Source: Patescibacteria group bacterium
Lineage (GTDB): Bacteria; Patescibacteriota; Minisyncoccia; Phycocordibacterales; CAIRYW01
Assembly: GCA_040389185.1 (NCBI GenBank)
Contig: JAZKAJ010000017.1
Location: 1 to 55,253, forward strand
Direction: 5' to 3'
DNA length: 55,253 bases
Position 1 is the stretch's first letter. Each line of letters opens with the position of its first letter. Under the pieces are notes generated by a model. The model did not search any database and was not told the DNA's origin. It was given only the letters and a program-made list of their open reading frames with translations. The position numbers and the translations under genes are program-made. Below are positions 38,385 to 47,173 of the stretch, piece after piece.

Positions 38385-39377
38385 ATGAAAAAAAAATATC
38401 TCATATCAATCATAATTCTCAATGCGATTTTTTTCGGGTTGTCGACATTTGGAGAGGCAAGTAGTTATGTCCCCCTCACCCCCATCCCAGGACTCACAAC
38501 GGGAATAAGTACAGGTATTCAGACAGGAGATAGTAATGGAACATCAAGTCTTGGATTTGCTGGGTATCTAAGGGCTCTCTACATTTGGGGAGTAGCGGCA
38601 GCTTCAGGACTTGCTGTGGTCATGATCATGTGGGGAGGAGTTGAGTATATGACAAGTGCTGGTGGTGGTGGAGTAGAGGAGGCAAAGAAGAGAATTTCTG
38701 CAGCGATTGCAGGACTTTTGCTTGCATTGGGATCATATGTCATTTTGTATACGATAAATAGAGATTTGTTGAATTTGCAGTTTACGATTGGGAAGGTGAG
38801 TGCGACGGTGGAAGGGAATGCGGCGGCGAAGTACGTTACTATTGACCATGATACAAACACTACATCAAGTGGAGGGGCATATCCTGGCACCCCAGGATCA
38901 CCATTTACAGGAGGATCGACAGGAGTTGGCGGTGGAACACTCAAAGCTCAAAGTTTCCCAAACCAATCATGGAATGACTACACAATGCAAATGGTACAAA
39001 AATATGGACTTGATCAAATGAATCCTTCCGATGCGGAAAAATATTTCCCCGATGGACAAGTGACCGCAGAAGGATGGGTTAGTTTGCTTGCAAGCATGGC
39101 GGTAACAGAAGCTGGCGCAAATTTCAACCCAAGCCCAAAACCATTTTATGAATCTGACGGCCAAGTTTCTCTTGGACTTTTTGGTCTATCAACAAATGAT
39201 AGTGTCGTACAAAAATTAGGATATACAACCCAGTCATCCTTGGAAAATCCTTACCACAGTATTGAGGCTGCGGTCATCACAATGAAAAATCAAATAAATA
39301 GCACAGGTAGTGTTCAAGGTGCCGCAGGTTCAAAACACTACTGGGGACCTCTGTACCGCGATGAAGTATTTCAATAG
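38385..39377 (+). CDS. VirB2/TrbC-like pilin fused to a lytic transglycosylase-like domain
   Basis: Pilin core (YIWGVAAASGLAVVMIMWGGVEYMTS..EEAKKRISAAIAGLLLALGSYVILYTIN); C-terminal SMAVTEAGANFNP, SLGLFGLS, NPYHSIEAA resemble the SLT fold. Confidence 0.65.
   Translation: MKKKYLISIIILNAIFFGLSTFGEASSYVPLTPIPGLTTGISTGIQTGDSNGTSSLGFAGYLRALYIWGVAAASGLAVVMIMWGGVEYMTSAGGGGVEEAKKRISAAIAGLLLALGSYVILYTINRDLLNLQFTIGKVSATVEGNAAAKYVTIDHDTNTTSSGGAYPGTPGSPFTGGSTGVGGGTLKAQSFPNQSWNDYTMQMVQKYGLDQMNPSDAEKYFPDGQVTAEGWVSLLASMAVTEAGANFNPSPKPFYESDGQVSLGLFGLSTNDSVVQKLGYTTQSSLENPYHSIEAAVITMKNQINSTGSVQGAAGSKHYWGPLYRDEVFQ
38472..38825 (+). repeat. 354-bp exact direct repeat, copy 1
   Basis: Identical by eye to 39491-39844 (offset 1019). 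Confidence 0.95.
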
Positions 39378-39400
39378 AAAAATATAGTATAATAAATGCA

Positions 39401-39970
39401 ATGAAAAAATCCTTCATTGCATTTTTATTTATTTTGATACTTATATTAAATACTCAGTCATCTTTTGGTGCTGATGAGGGAGGTTATCAACCCCTCACCC
39501 CCATCCCAGGACTCACAACGGGAATAAGTACAGGTATTCAGACAGGAGATAGTAATGGAACATCAAGTCTTGGATTTGCTGGGTATCTAAGGGCTCTCTA
39601 CATTTGGGGAGTAGCGGCAGCTTCAGGACTTGCTGTGGTCATGATCATGTGGGGAGGAGTTGAGTATATGACAAGTGCTGGTGGTGGTGGAGTAGAGGAG
39701 GCAAAGAAGAGAATTTCTGCAGCGATTGCAGGACTTTTGCTTGCATTGGGATCATATGTCATTTTGTATACGATAAATAGAGATTTGTTGAATTTGCAGT
39801 TTACGATTGGGAAGGTGAGTGCGACGGTGGAAGGGAATGCGGCGCCAAAAATAATTCCACTAACAAGTACCCAAACAAAAGACGATCAAATCAAACTAGC
39901 ACAACAGCAAATCAAACTATTACAGGAACAAGTACGAACAGCACAATCTGCTTCCACAACCACAAAATAG
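39401..39970 (+). CDS. VirB2/TrbC-like pilin with short Gln-rich C-terminal extension
   Basis: Same pilin core as 38385, with a different signal peptide and tail (QIKLAQQQIKLLQEQV). Confidence 0.7.
   Translation: MKKSFIAFLFILILILNTQSSFGADEGGYQPLTPIPGLTTGISTGIQTGDSNGTSSLGFAGYLRALYIWGVAAASGLAVVMIMWGGVEYMTSAGGGGVEEAKKRISAAIAGLLLALGSYVILYTINRDLLNLQFTIGKVSATVEGNAAPKIIPLTSTQTKDDQIKLAQQQIKLLQEQVRTAQSASTTTK
39491..39844 (+). repeat. 354-bp exact direct repeat, copy 2
   Basis: Identical by eye to 38472-38825. Confidence 0.95.
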
Positions 39971-40029
39971 CAAAAATAATCGCCAGATTAATTCTTTCTA
40001 ACTTTATCTTTTTGCGATACAATTAATAC

Positions 40030-41361
40030 ATGGGCAGAAAAACTATTCTTGGACTTATTTTTATAATTATTCTTGCAATTGCGGGAGTACTTTATTTTTA
40101 TTTTTTTCAAACTCCGACAAACACAACAACAAGCGCACCCGGTTTTTTTAAGAGCATTTTCCCATTTGGAAGCAATGCAACACCTTCGACAAATAATACT
40201 GATTCACCTCTTTTGATTGGCAATACTCAGACGGGTGATAATAATATTCAAAAGCAACTTCCTCGACTCCGACATTACACTACCGAACCAACAGCCGGAG
40301 ATATAATCACAGAAAAAGATAAAGATGTAATTCAAGATCGAGTTAAAACTACAATAAAAGAAACATCTATTCGATATATAGACAGAGCAACAGGACATAT
40401 ATACGATATCCCGACAAACGTAGAGGATCCGATAAAAATATCTAACACAACAGTTCCAAAAATATACGAAGCGACATTTACTCCGGGAGGCGATTCTCTT
40501 ATTACAAGATTTTTGGATGCTAGTGACAACATAATCACTTATGCAATCACTCTCAAAGACAAAAAACCAGTTGTTGCAACAACAAGTGTTAAAATTTCAA
40601 CAACTACTGCAACCGTTGCGCAAACAGCCGATACTTCGACCAGGTTTAAAGATGTAACAGGGACATACCTCGCTCGAAATATTCAAGAGATTGCAATGTC
40701 TCCAAGTGGTAAGAAAATATTAGATCTCACATATGGCACTGACAATGGAATTCTCGCTATCCTCGATAATGCTTATAAATCAAGAACCATACTAACAAGT
40801 CCGCTTCAGGAATGGCTTCTTTCGCTCCCAACAGAAACAAAAGCAGTGATCACAACAAAACCATCTGGAATAACATATGGGTATTCATACATCGTAAATA
40901 CGGACACGGGCGCAATGAGCAAACTTATCGGTAATATCCTGGGTCTCACTCTACTTCCAAGTTATGATCTTTCAACTTTTCTTGTGGGAGAAGCTTCAGC
41001 AACACTAAAATTATCTGTACTTAGTAATAAAGATTCATCTCTTAACGACCTCTCGGTGAAGACATTACCTGAAAAATGTGTCTGGGCGAATACAACAGTA
41101 GATACTGTTTATTGTGCAGTCCCAAAAGCTATTCCTGCTGCTGTATATCCAGATGATTGGTACAAAGGAAGATTATTCTTCAATGACTCTTTGTGGAAAA
41201 TAAATCTAAAAACTGGAGAAACGAATCTTATTTCAAATCTTTCGCAAGAAAGCGGACAGGCGATTGATGCTATCACACTTGAAGTATCACCGACAGATAA
41301 ATACCTCACATTTATAAATAAAAGAGATCTTACATTGTGGGGAATAGACCTCACGAAATAG
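40030..41361 (+). CDS. Membrane-anchored, probably beta-propeller protein
   Basis: N-terminal TM, beta-rich repeats (SPSGKKI, SPTDKYL, SLWKINL). Confidence 0.7.
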   Translation: MGRKTILGLIFIIILAIAGVLYFYFFQTPTNTTTSAPGFFKSIFPFGSNATPSTNNTDSPLLIGNTQTGDNNIQKQLPRLRHYTTEPTAGDIITEKDKDVIQDRVKTTIKETSIRYIDRATGHIYDIPTNVEDPIKISNTTVPKIYEATFTPGGDSLITRFLDASDNIITYAITLKDKKPVVATTSVKISTTTATVAQTADTSTRFKDVTGTYLARNIQEIAMSPSGKKILDLTYGTDNGILAILDNAYKSRTILTSPLQEWLLSLPTETKAVITTKPSGITYGYSYIVNTDTGAMSKLIGNILGLTLLPSYDLSTFLVGEASATLKLSVLSNKDSSLNDLSVKTLPEKCVWANTTVDTVYCAVPKAIPAAVYPDDWYKGRLFFNDSLWKINLKTGETNLISNLSQESGQAIDAITLEVSPTDKYLTFINKRDLTLWGIDLTK

Positions 41362-41372
41362 TGATTAAAGAA

Positions 41373-41402
41373 AATGCACCGCGCCTAAAGGCGCGGTGCA
41401 TT
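41373..41402. terminator. GC-rich palindromic terminator (GCACCG family)
   Basis: AATGCACCGCGCCTAAAGGCGCGGTGCATT, identical to 51475-51504. Confidence 0.88.
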
Positions 41403-41409
41403 GTCTTTT

Positions 41410-41877
41410 TTATATTTTGTCTTCTGGACTACTATCTTCAACAAATCTAATCACAAGCCTTCTCTCTCTTCCTTCTCCTATAGATTCAGTTTTTATATTT
41501 GGACGTCCTTCAAGATGAGAGTGGACAAGCATTCGCTCGTAAGAAGTCATTGGATCCATCTCAACATCGATCTTAAATGACCGTGCTCGCTCCGCAAGCA
41601 TAGTCGCCTTATTCTTTATATGTTCATCATTTTGAGCTCGTACACCATTAATGTCGACTGTTATACGAACCTCTTCGCCATGTTTCTTTGCTGCCATTCG
41701 CTTCACAAGATGAGAAAATGCTTCAAACTTCTCGTTTTCTCGGCCAATAAGAGAATATTCTTCAGGAGATTTGATATTCACCAAGAAACCACCGTTATGC
41801 TCCACAACCTCGATCGTTGCTTCGAGTACTCCGAGCATATCTATGAGAGATTTTGTGATTTCTTTAATTGATTCCAT
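41410..41877 (-). CDS. jag: Jag/KhpB-like KH-R3H RNA-binding protein
   Basis: LIGRENE (KH) and PMTSYERMLVH..S.GEGRERRLVI (R3H); next to yidC. Confidence 0.88.
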   Translation of the reverse strand: MESIKEITKSLIDMLGVLEATIEVVEHNGGFLVNIKSPEEYSLIGRENEKFEAFSHLVKRMAAKKHGEEVRITVDINGVRAQNDEHIKNKATMLAERARSFKIDVEMDPMTSYERMLVHSHLEGRPNIKTESIGEGRERRLVIRFVEDSSPEDKI

Positions 41878-42120
41878 CCCGTTTGAAATAGGAAGCGCTT
41901 ATCGCAGTCCTATATATTATTTAATAATTAATGAATTGTTAATCTCTATCTTATTTTGTGCTAAAACCAAGCGCTTCCGTAGTATATGTGAATTCAAGTT
42001 GTTTATCATTGTTTTTGCTTTATTTTAATATGTCACTTCGTTAAACTGAAGGATTTCGAACGGGGCCAATATATACTATATTAGTCAGGTTTTCCTTGAA
42101 GTCAAATCAAGTATTATTTA

Positions 42121-42834
42121 TTACTTATTCTTTTTATCTCTCATAATGAATACTTCCTGTCCGGCACTAAACAGGTTTCGTACAGACCAGTAGAGAGGGA
42201 GAGCACTCGGCAGACCCATACTGATAAGCCCTATAATGATCGGGAGAAAGTATTTCATCTGCATCTGCATAGAATGTGCAAACTCTTCTTGCATAGACCT
42301 CTTTTGACCTGTAGGAGCCTTTGTTACAGTTCGTTTCGACATAATATATGCCTGCACAAATTGTGTCGCTCCTGCAAGAATTGCAAGAACAATACTCTTG
42401 TGACTTAGATCAACGATCCCAAGAAAATTCATATTTACAAGAGGTGGATTTTGGACAAAAGAATATAAAAGCTCTGTGTGTATCACCGGAAGTCCATAGA
42501 AAAACATATAGTAGAGGGCAATAAGAACAGGGAATTGGATGAGGACTAGGAGAATCATTGAAAAAGGGTTAACTCCGTGCTTTTTGTATAATGCCATAGT
42601 CTGTCGAGCTTGTTCTGCGGGATCTTTAACTGTTTCTTTAATCTTTTTGATCTCTGGTTCTATTTCTTTGAGTCCAATCTGAGTCTTGATAGCCTTCTTT
42701 GAGACAGAAAAGAGGAGAGTACTTACCAAAAGGGTTACCAAAACAAGAGCGATTCCAGCATCATGAGAGGGAATAATATCTATAAACCAAACCAAAACAT
42801 TGTAAATAGGGGCGTAAAATAATGTATTAAACAT
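42121..42834 (-). CDS. yidC: YidC/Oxa1 membrane protein insertase (short form)
   Basis: LYKKHGVNPF, LIQFPVLIALY, PSALPLYW. Confidence 0.93.
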   Translation of the reverse strand: MFNTLFYAPIYNVLVWFIDIIPSHDAGIALVLVTLLVSTLLFSVSKKAIKTQIGLKEIEPEIKKIKETVKDPAEQARQTMALYKKHGVNPFSMILLVLIQFPVLIALYYMFFYGLPVIHTELLYSFVQNPPLVNMNFLGIVDLSHKSIVLAILAGATQFVQAYIMSKRTVTKAPTGQKRSMQEEFAHSMQMQMKYFLPIIIGLISMGLPSALPLYWSVRNLFSAGQEVFIMRDKKNK

Positions 42835-42892
42835 AGAAGTATTCTACACCAAAAGAGGGTCGAGGGCTACCGAAGAGGAAAATAATGTGAAT

Positions 42893-43207
42893 TTAGAACA
42901 CTTTCTTGAATTCTGCAACCACATCCTTAAAGTCAGCTTTTAGAATGGTTTTCTTTACAAACACCACAAAGTAGACTGGGGATAACCCTGTGGAAATCTC
43001 CCTTAGTGCCATTCTAGCCTTTCTTTTAGCCATATTTCTATCCACACTGAGCTTAAGTTCTTTTTTTGATATAACAAACGCACATTTAAAATGAGGTGTC
43101 GAAACAGGGAGTACACGAACAGAAAACAGGGGGGTATGGATGACCCTCCCGCTTTTTATAACATTTGAGACATCCGCTCGTGATAAACGATAGGATTTAG
43201 GAAACAT
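42893..43207 (-). CDS. rnpA: Ribonuclease P protein component
   Basis: MFPKSYRL, FVISKK, RNR-like SVDRNMAKR; lies between rpmH and yidC. Confidence 0.88.
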   Translation of the reverse strand: MFPKSYRLSRADVSNVIKSGRVIHTPLFSVRVLPVSTPHFKCAFVISKKELKLSVDRNMAKRKARMALREISTGLSPVYFVVFVKKTILKADFKDVVAEFKKVF

Positions 43208-43235
43208 AAGAGGGTTGATTTGAAATTTAATGTCT

Positions 43236-43346
43236 AGTAAAAACCGCAAAATCTCGTGCGAAAATCAGGAGTTTAGACGAGCCATATCATTTGATTATGG
43301 TAAGGATAAATTACTGGTTTACAGCCGAGATTTTGCGGTTTTGACT
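43236..43346. repeat. Inverted-repeat-bounded intergenic element (MITE-like)
   Basis: AAAACCGCAAAATCTCG (43240-56)/CGAGATTTTGCGGTTTT (43326-42), 69-nt spacer. Confidence 0.8.
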
Positions 43347-43400
43347 GACAAGCCAGATGAAAAGGACCAAAAAGGGCGCTTAAATTTCGAATCAGCCCTA

Positions 43401-43538
43401 CTAGACAGTAGTTAGTCTTTTTCGTCCTTTCTGCATTCTCTTTCTGAGAACTCTCTTACCGTAAGCAGTCTTGCTTCGAGATAGAAATCCGTGCTTCTTT
43501 GCTCTTTTTCTCTTTTTAGGTTGATATGTAACTGACAT
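43401..43538 (-). CDS. rpmH: 50S ribosomal protein L34 (below the ORF-track cutoff)
   Basis: Translates to [45 protein letters not shown]. Confidence 0.96.
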   Translation of the reverse strand: MSVTYQPKKRKRAKKHGFLSRSKTAYGKRVLRKRMQKGRKRLTTV

Positions 43539-43603
43539 ATAGAGGTACTTTATCATTAAACCCTTTTTTTGACAAGATATTTAGGTTGTGATTATATAAC
43601 TTT

Positions 43604-44062
43604 ATGAAAAGTGTTCCTTTGGAGTTTGTCGAACTTTCAAAAGCGTTGCGTCTACTCCCAGGCATAAAACAAAGCCGAGTTTCTCCTAGACAGCTTTTCA
43701 AAGCTTATCTAAGAAAAATGACTTTCATCCTTCGTGATGCAAAGGGAATATATGCTTTCGGTGCTCTTTGGTCCACCGGAAGCAGAAAGTGGTTAGAAAT
43801 CGGCACGGTCTGGGTCCGTAAGGATCATGGAAAACAAGGAAAATCGAGCGAGATTATTACAACTCTTGATAAAAGAGCTAAAAAACTCAAAAGATCTACC
43901 TTCCTCTCTTGTTCAAGTGAAAACAAACAGATGAGAGGAACAATGGTTGGTATGGATTACAAGACCTGCAAAGATCCTCGCCGCTCCCCATTAAAAAAAG
44001 TCTGGGGAAAATCGAGAGATGCAACGAACAGATCGATCTTTTATTTCCAATATACTCCCTGA
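43604..44062 (+). CDS. GNAT-family acetyltransferase-like orphan
   Basis: LEIGTVWVRKDHGKQGKSSEII resembles GNAT motif A; own TTGACA promoter (43569) and hairpin terminator. Confidence 0.6.
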   Translation: MKSVPLEFVELSKALRLLPGIKQSRVSPRQLFKAYLRKMTFILRDAKGIYAFGALWSTGSRKWLEIGTVWVRKDHGKQGKSSEIITTLDKRAKKLKRSTFLSCSSENKQMRGTMVGMDYKTCKDPRRSPLKKVWGKSRDATNRSIFYFQYTP

Positions 44063-44206
44063 AAGGGGAGTTTTTTAATTCGATAATAAATTATAACTAG
44101 CAAATTCAATGCTGAATTTGCTTTTTCACTTATACACATCTTATCAACATACTTATCGCCACCGTGGAAGTAGAGCAAAACTTGTGAGGTTGTATAATAT
44201 TCTCAT

Positions 44207-45562
44207 ATGGACGACAAACAAATATTATGGAACAAAGTTCTTGCTGATATGGAGCTTACTTTATCAAAAGTAAACTTCGTCATGTGGTTTAAAGACACAT
44301 TTATTGTCAAAATTGAGGATGGAGTTGTATATATTGGTGTCCCAAGCGCTTTTATAAAAGAATGGTTTGCCAACAAGTACCACAAAATGATATTCAAATC
44401 TCTCCGAGATGCTTCAGAAACAGTCCGATCTCTTGAATACATGATTGTAAAGAGTGATAGTCGCAAGGAATTGGAGGATAGTGAACGAAAAAAGAAGAGT
44501 TTTACCGGAGCGGCTAGTCCAGAGCTTCCTCTCAACGATTTTTACATAAACAAAGACGATAATTTGAACCCTCGATACACATTCGACAACTTCGTCATCG
44601 GTCCTTTTAATGAACTTGCCCACGCTGCAGCGCAGGCGATCATCAAAAAACCCGTATCCTATAACCCTCTTTTCTTCTATGGAGATACTGGAAGAGGGAA
44701 GACGCATCTCATTCAAGCTATAGGTAATCACTTGAAGCAAAACGATCCTAATAAGAAGGTGTATTACATTACCTCTGATAAATTCTATCAAGAGTTTGCT
44801 TCTGCGATGCAGGAAGGCAAGATAAATAGCTTTAAGGATAAGTACAAAAAGTACGATGTGTTTATCATGGATGATATCCAATTCCTTTCAAAGAAAGAAA
44901 AGACGCAAGAAGAACTCTTTCACCTCTTTAACCACTTGAATGATAACAACAAGCAAATCATCTTTTCTTCTGACCAGCACCCGAATTACATCAATGGCCT
45001 TGAAGATCGATTAAAGTCTCGATTCGTTGCGGGAATGATCGTGGATATTCCAGAACCTGATTATGAATCTCGCTCAGCAATCATTAAGAACAAAATCAGA
45101 TCTCGCAACATTGACCTTGATCCTCAGATTATTGAATTCCTCACCACAAATACAGAAGGAAATATTCGAGAGCTCGAGGGACTCGTAAACAATATTACTT
45201 GCCAGATGGAGCTTAAAGGACGCCAACTCGAATTGTCCGAAATAAAACATCTCATAAAAGACACAGCAAAGCCAACAAAATCTGTCTCAGTTAAAGATGT
45301 TATAAAAGCTATCTCAAGTTTCTACGACATTGAAGAAGCATCTATAACGGACAAAACACGGAAAAAGGAAGTGGTGAAGCCTCGACAAATCGCGATGTAT
45401 ATTCTCCGAGAAGATTATGGTGTCTCTTATCCTTCTATAGGACAAAAGATGGGTGGACGAGACCATACAACAGTTATTCACTCGTGCGAAAAAGTAAAAA
45501 ACGATCTTAAAAATAGTAACCAGTTATTACAAGAAGTAAACCAGATTCGCGCAATGTTATAA
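44207..45562 (+). CDS. dnaA: Chromosomal replication initiator DnaA
   Basis: YNPLFFYGDTGRGKTHL, MDDIQF, RLKSRF, NIRELEG, RQIAMY, GGRDHTTVIH. Confidence 0.98.
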   Translation: MDDKQILWNKVLADMELTLSKVNFVMWFKDTFIVKIEDGVVYIGVPSAFIKEWFANKYHKMIFKSLRDASETVRSLEYMIVKSDSRKELEDSERKKKSFTGAASPELPLNDFYINKDDNLNPRYTFDNFVIGPFNELAHAAAQAIIKKPVSYNPLFFYGDTGRGKTHLIQAIGNHLKQNDPNKKVYYITSDKFYQEFASAMQEGKINSFKDKYKKYDVFIMDDIQFLSKKEKTQEELFHLFNHLNDNNKQIIFSSDQHPNYINGLEDRLKSRFVAGMIVDIPEPDYESRSAIIKNKIRSRNIDLDPQIIEFLTTNTEGNIRELEGLVNNITCQMELKGRQLELSEIKHLIKDTAKPTKSVSVKDVIKAISSFYDIEEASITDKTRKKEVVKPRQIAMYILREDYGVSYPSIGQKMGGRDHTTVIHSCEKVKNDLKNSNQLLQEVNQIRAML

Positions 45563-45825
45563 ATTCAAAATAATAAATAAAATTAATTAAAAAATATTTT
45601 GTTTATTAAAGTGTGGAGAAGGTGTGAATAAGTTGTGAGAAAGTATGTTGAAAAGATGTTAGAAAGAGAGAAAATATTTTGTTTTTATTTTTATAAAAAA
45701 AATATCAACAATAAACCTACAGGAAAAAATGGAACAAAACATTCATTAAAACCATTATCAATTAAGAAGATTTACTAGTTATCCACTTACCCACAGAGCA
45801 TTATTATTAATAAGACTTTTTATAT
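45563..45825. other. Probable oriC (dnaA-dnaN intergenic region)
   Basis: Very AT-rich tract followed by DnaA-box-like 9-mers: TGTGGAGAA 45612, TGTGAATAA 45623, TGTGAGAAA 45634, TTATCCACT 45779, TTACCCACA 45787; more boxes upstream of dnaA (TTATACACA 44130, TTATCAACA 44141). Confidence 0.75.
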
Positions 45826-46926
45826 ATGAAGATAGAAATAATAAAAGAAAAATTCCTTGAAGCAATAACCCAATCAGAACGAGTATCAGGTAAACACGTC
45901 TCACTTCCAATACTCTCTTATGTGATTATAGAGGCAAAGGGAAGCACTGTTGTGGTAAAAGCAACAAACCTTGATGTGGGTATAGAAGTCTCGGTACAGG
46001 CCAAAATTTTGGAGGAGGGGGCTGTTGCAGTGTCAGGATCACTCATGAAATCATTCCTTTCTAATTCACTTCAAAGTAAAACTATAACCATAGAAAATGT
46101 AGGTACAGTATGTACTGTAGTTTCAGGACAAAGTGAAGCATCCTTCAATACAATGTCTGTAGAAGATTTTCCGGTGATTCCTCATGTAACTGATGGAAAG
46201 AGTTTTCATATAGGGGCCAAGGAACTTATAACAGGACTTAAATCTGTTGTGTGGAGTTCCGCGGTGTCCACTATTAAGCCAGAACTATCGAGTGTATACA
46301 TATATGAAGATAGTGATGATCTTGTGTTTGTAGCAACAGACTCATTCCGGCTCGCAGAAAGAAGAATGAAAGTAAAGAAGGTGACTGGATTTGATCCGAT
46401 ACTTATTCCATTTAAAAATGCGTTAGAAATAGTTCGAACATTTGAAAATGTGGGCGGAGAATTAGAGATGGTCATCTCAAAGAACCAGCTCTCTATTACG
46501 ACAGGGGATATTCATCTCTCGTCTCGAGTAGTTGATGGTAATTTCCCAGACTACCGACAGATCATTCCAAAAGAATTCACAACCAAAGCGACAATTTTGA
46601 AATCGGATCTCATATCAGCTTTGAAACTCTCAAGTATTTTCTCAAACTCATTTAATCAACTTACCGTATCATTCAATCCAGGATCAAAGACTCTGGATCT
46701 CTCAACTAAGAATAATGATATTGGAGAAGGAAAACAATCTATAAAAGGTGTTGTAGAAGGTGATGAGCTCACCATGTCATTCAATCATCGCTACATTCTC
46801 GATTGCCTTTCGGTTATTGAGAGTGACTCTGTGGTGCTCAAGATTGCAGGACAGGGGAGACCAATGATCATTAATCCATCAAACAATACTCTCTTTACAT
46901 ATCTTGTGATGTCGATGAATAGATAA
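45826..46926 (+). CDS. dnaN: DNA polymerase III beta sliding clamp
   Basis: ATNLDVGI, VATDSFRLA, GNFPDYRQIIP, FNHRYILD, YLVMSM; follows dnaA. Confidence 0.96.
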   Translation: MKIEIIKEKFLEAITQSERVSGKHVSLPILSYVIIEAKGSTVVVKATNLDVGIEVSVQAKILEEGAVAVSGSLMKSFLSNSLQSKTITIENVGTVCTVVSGQSEASFNTMSVEDFPVIPHVTDGKSFHIGAKELITGLKSVVWSSAVSTIKPELSSVYIYEDSDDLVFVATDSFRLAERRMKVKKVTGFDPILIPFKNALEIVRTFENVGGELEMVISKNQLSITTGDIHLSSRVVDGNFPDYRQIIPKEFTTKATILKSDLISALKLSSIFSNSFNQLTVSFNPGSKTLDLSTKNNDIGEGKQSIKGVVEGDELTMSFNHRYILDCLSVIESDSVVLKIAGQGRPMIINPSNNTLFTYLVMSMNR

Positions 46927-46952
46927 CACCCTCTAAAGTTTTATCTATCGTT

Positions 46953-47075
46953 ATGCAATATGTCTATATTTTGCAAAGTAAAAAGGATTTGGATATATAC
47001 ATAGGTTGTACTAATAACATTAAAAGCCGTCTCATATTGCATAACAAGAAAAAAGTTGAGTCGACCCGGCACTAA
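46953..47075 (+). pseudogene. Truncated GIY-YIG nuclease fragment (40 aa)
   Basis: MQYVYILQSKKDLDIYIGCTNNIKSRLILHNKKKVESTRH* matches the N-terminal half of small GIY-YIG proteins; the stop lies inside a hairpin element (47065-47101). Confidence 0.8.
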
Positions 47076-47173
47076 ATTCGACTACAAATTTAGTGCTCGG
47101 GCAAGCAAAATAAGTTATAATAACCCCGTATTAAATATTCAACTTTTTTAATAGATAAAATTTTCTAGGGTAA

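Noticed and set aside
38472-39844. Diversity-generating retroelement TR/VR pair
   Set aside because: The copies are identical with no adenine-specific mismatches, both are in-frame coding, and no reverse transcriptase is in the window.
42040-42070. tmRNA-like CTGAAGGATTTCGAACGGGG
   Set aside because: No GGGG 5' acceptor strand, no T-arm/CCA end and no tag ORF within the available space.
43230-43415. 61-aa ORF MSSKNRKISCENQ...
   Set aside because: It is a read-through of the inverted-repeat element on the strand opposite rnpA/rpmH and overlaps both genes.
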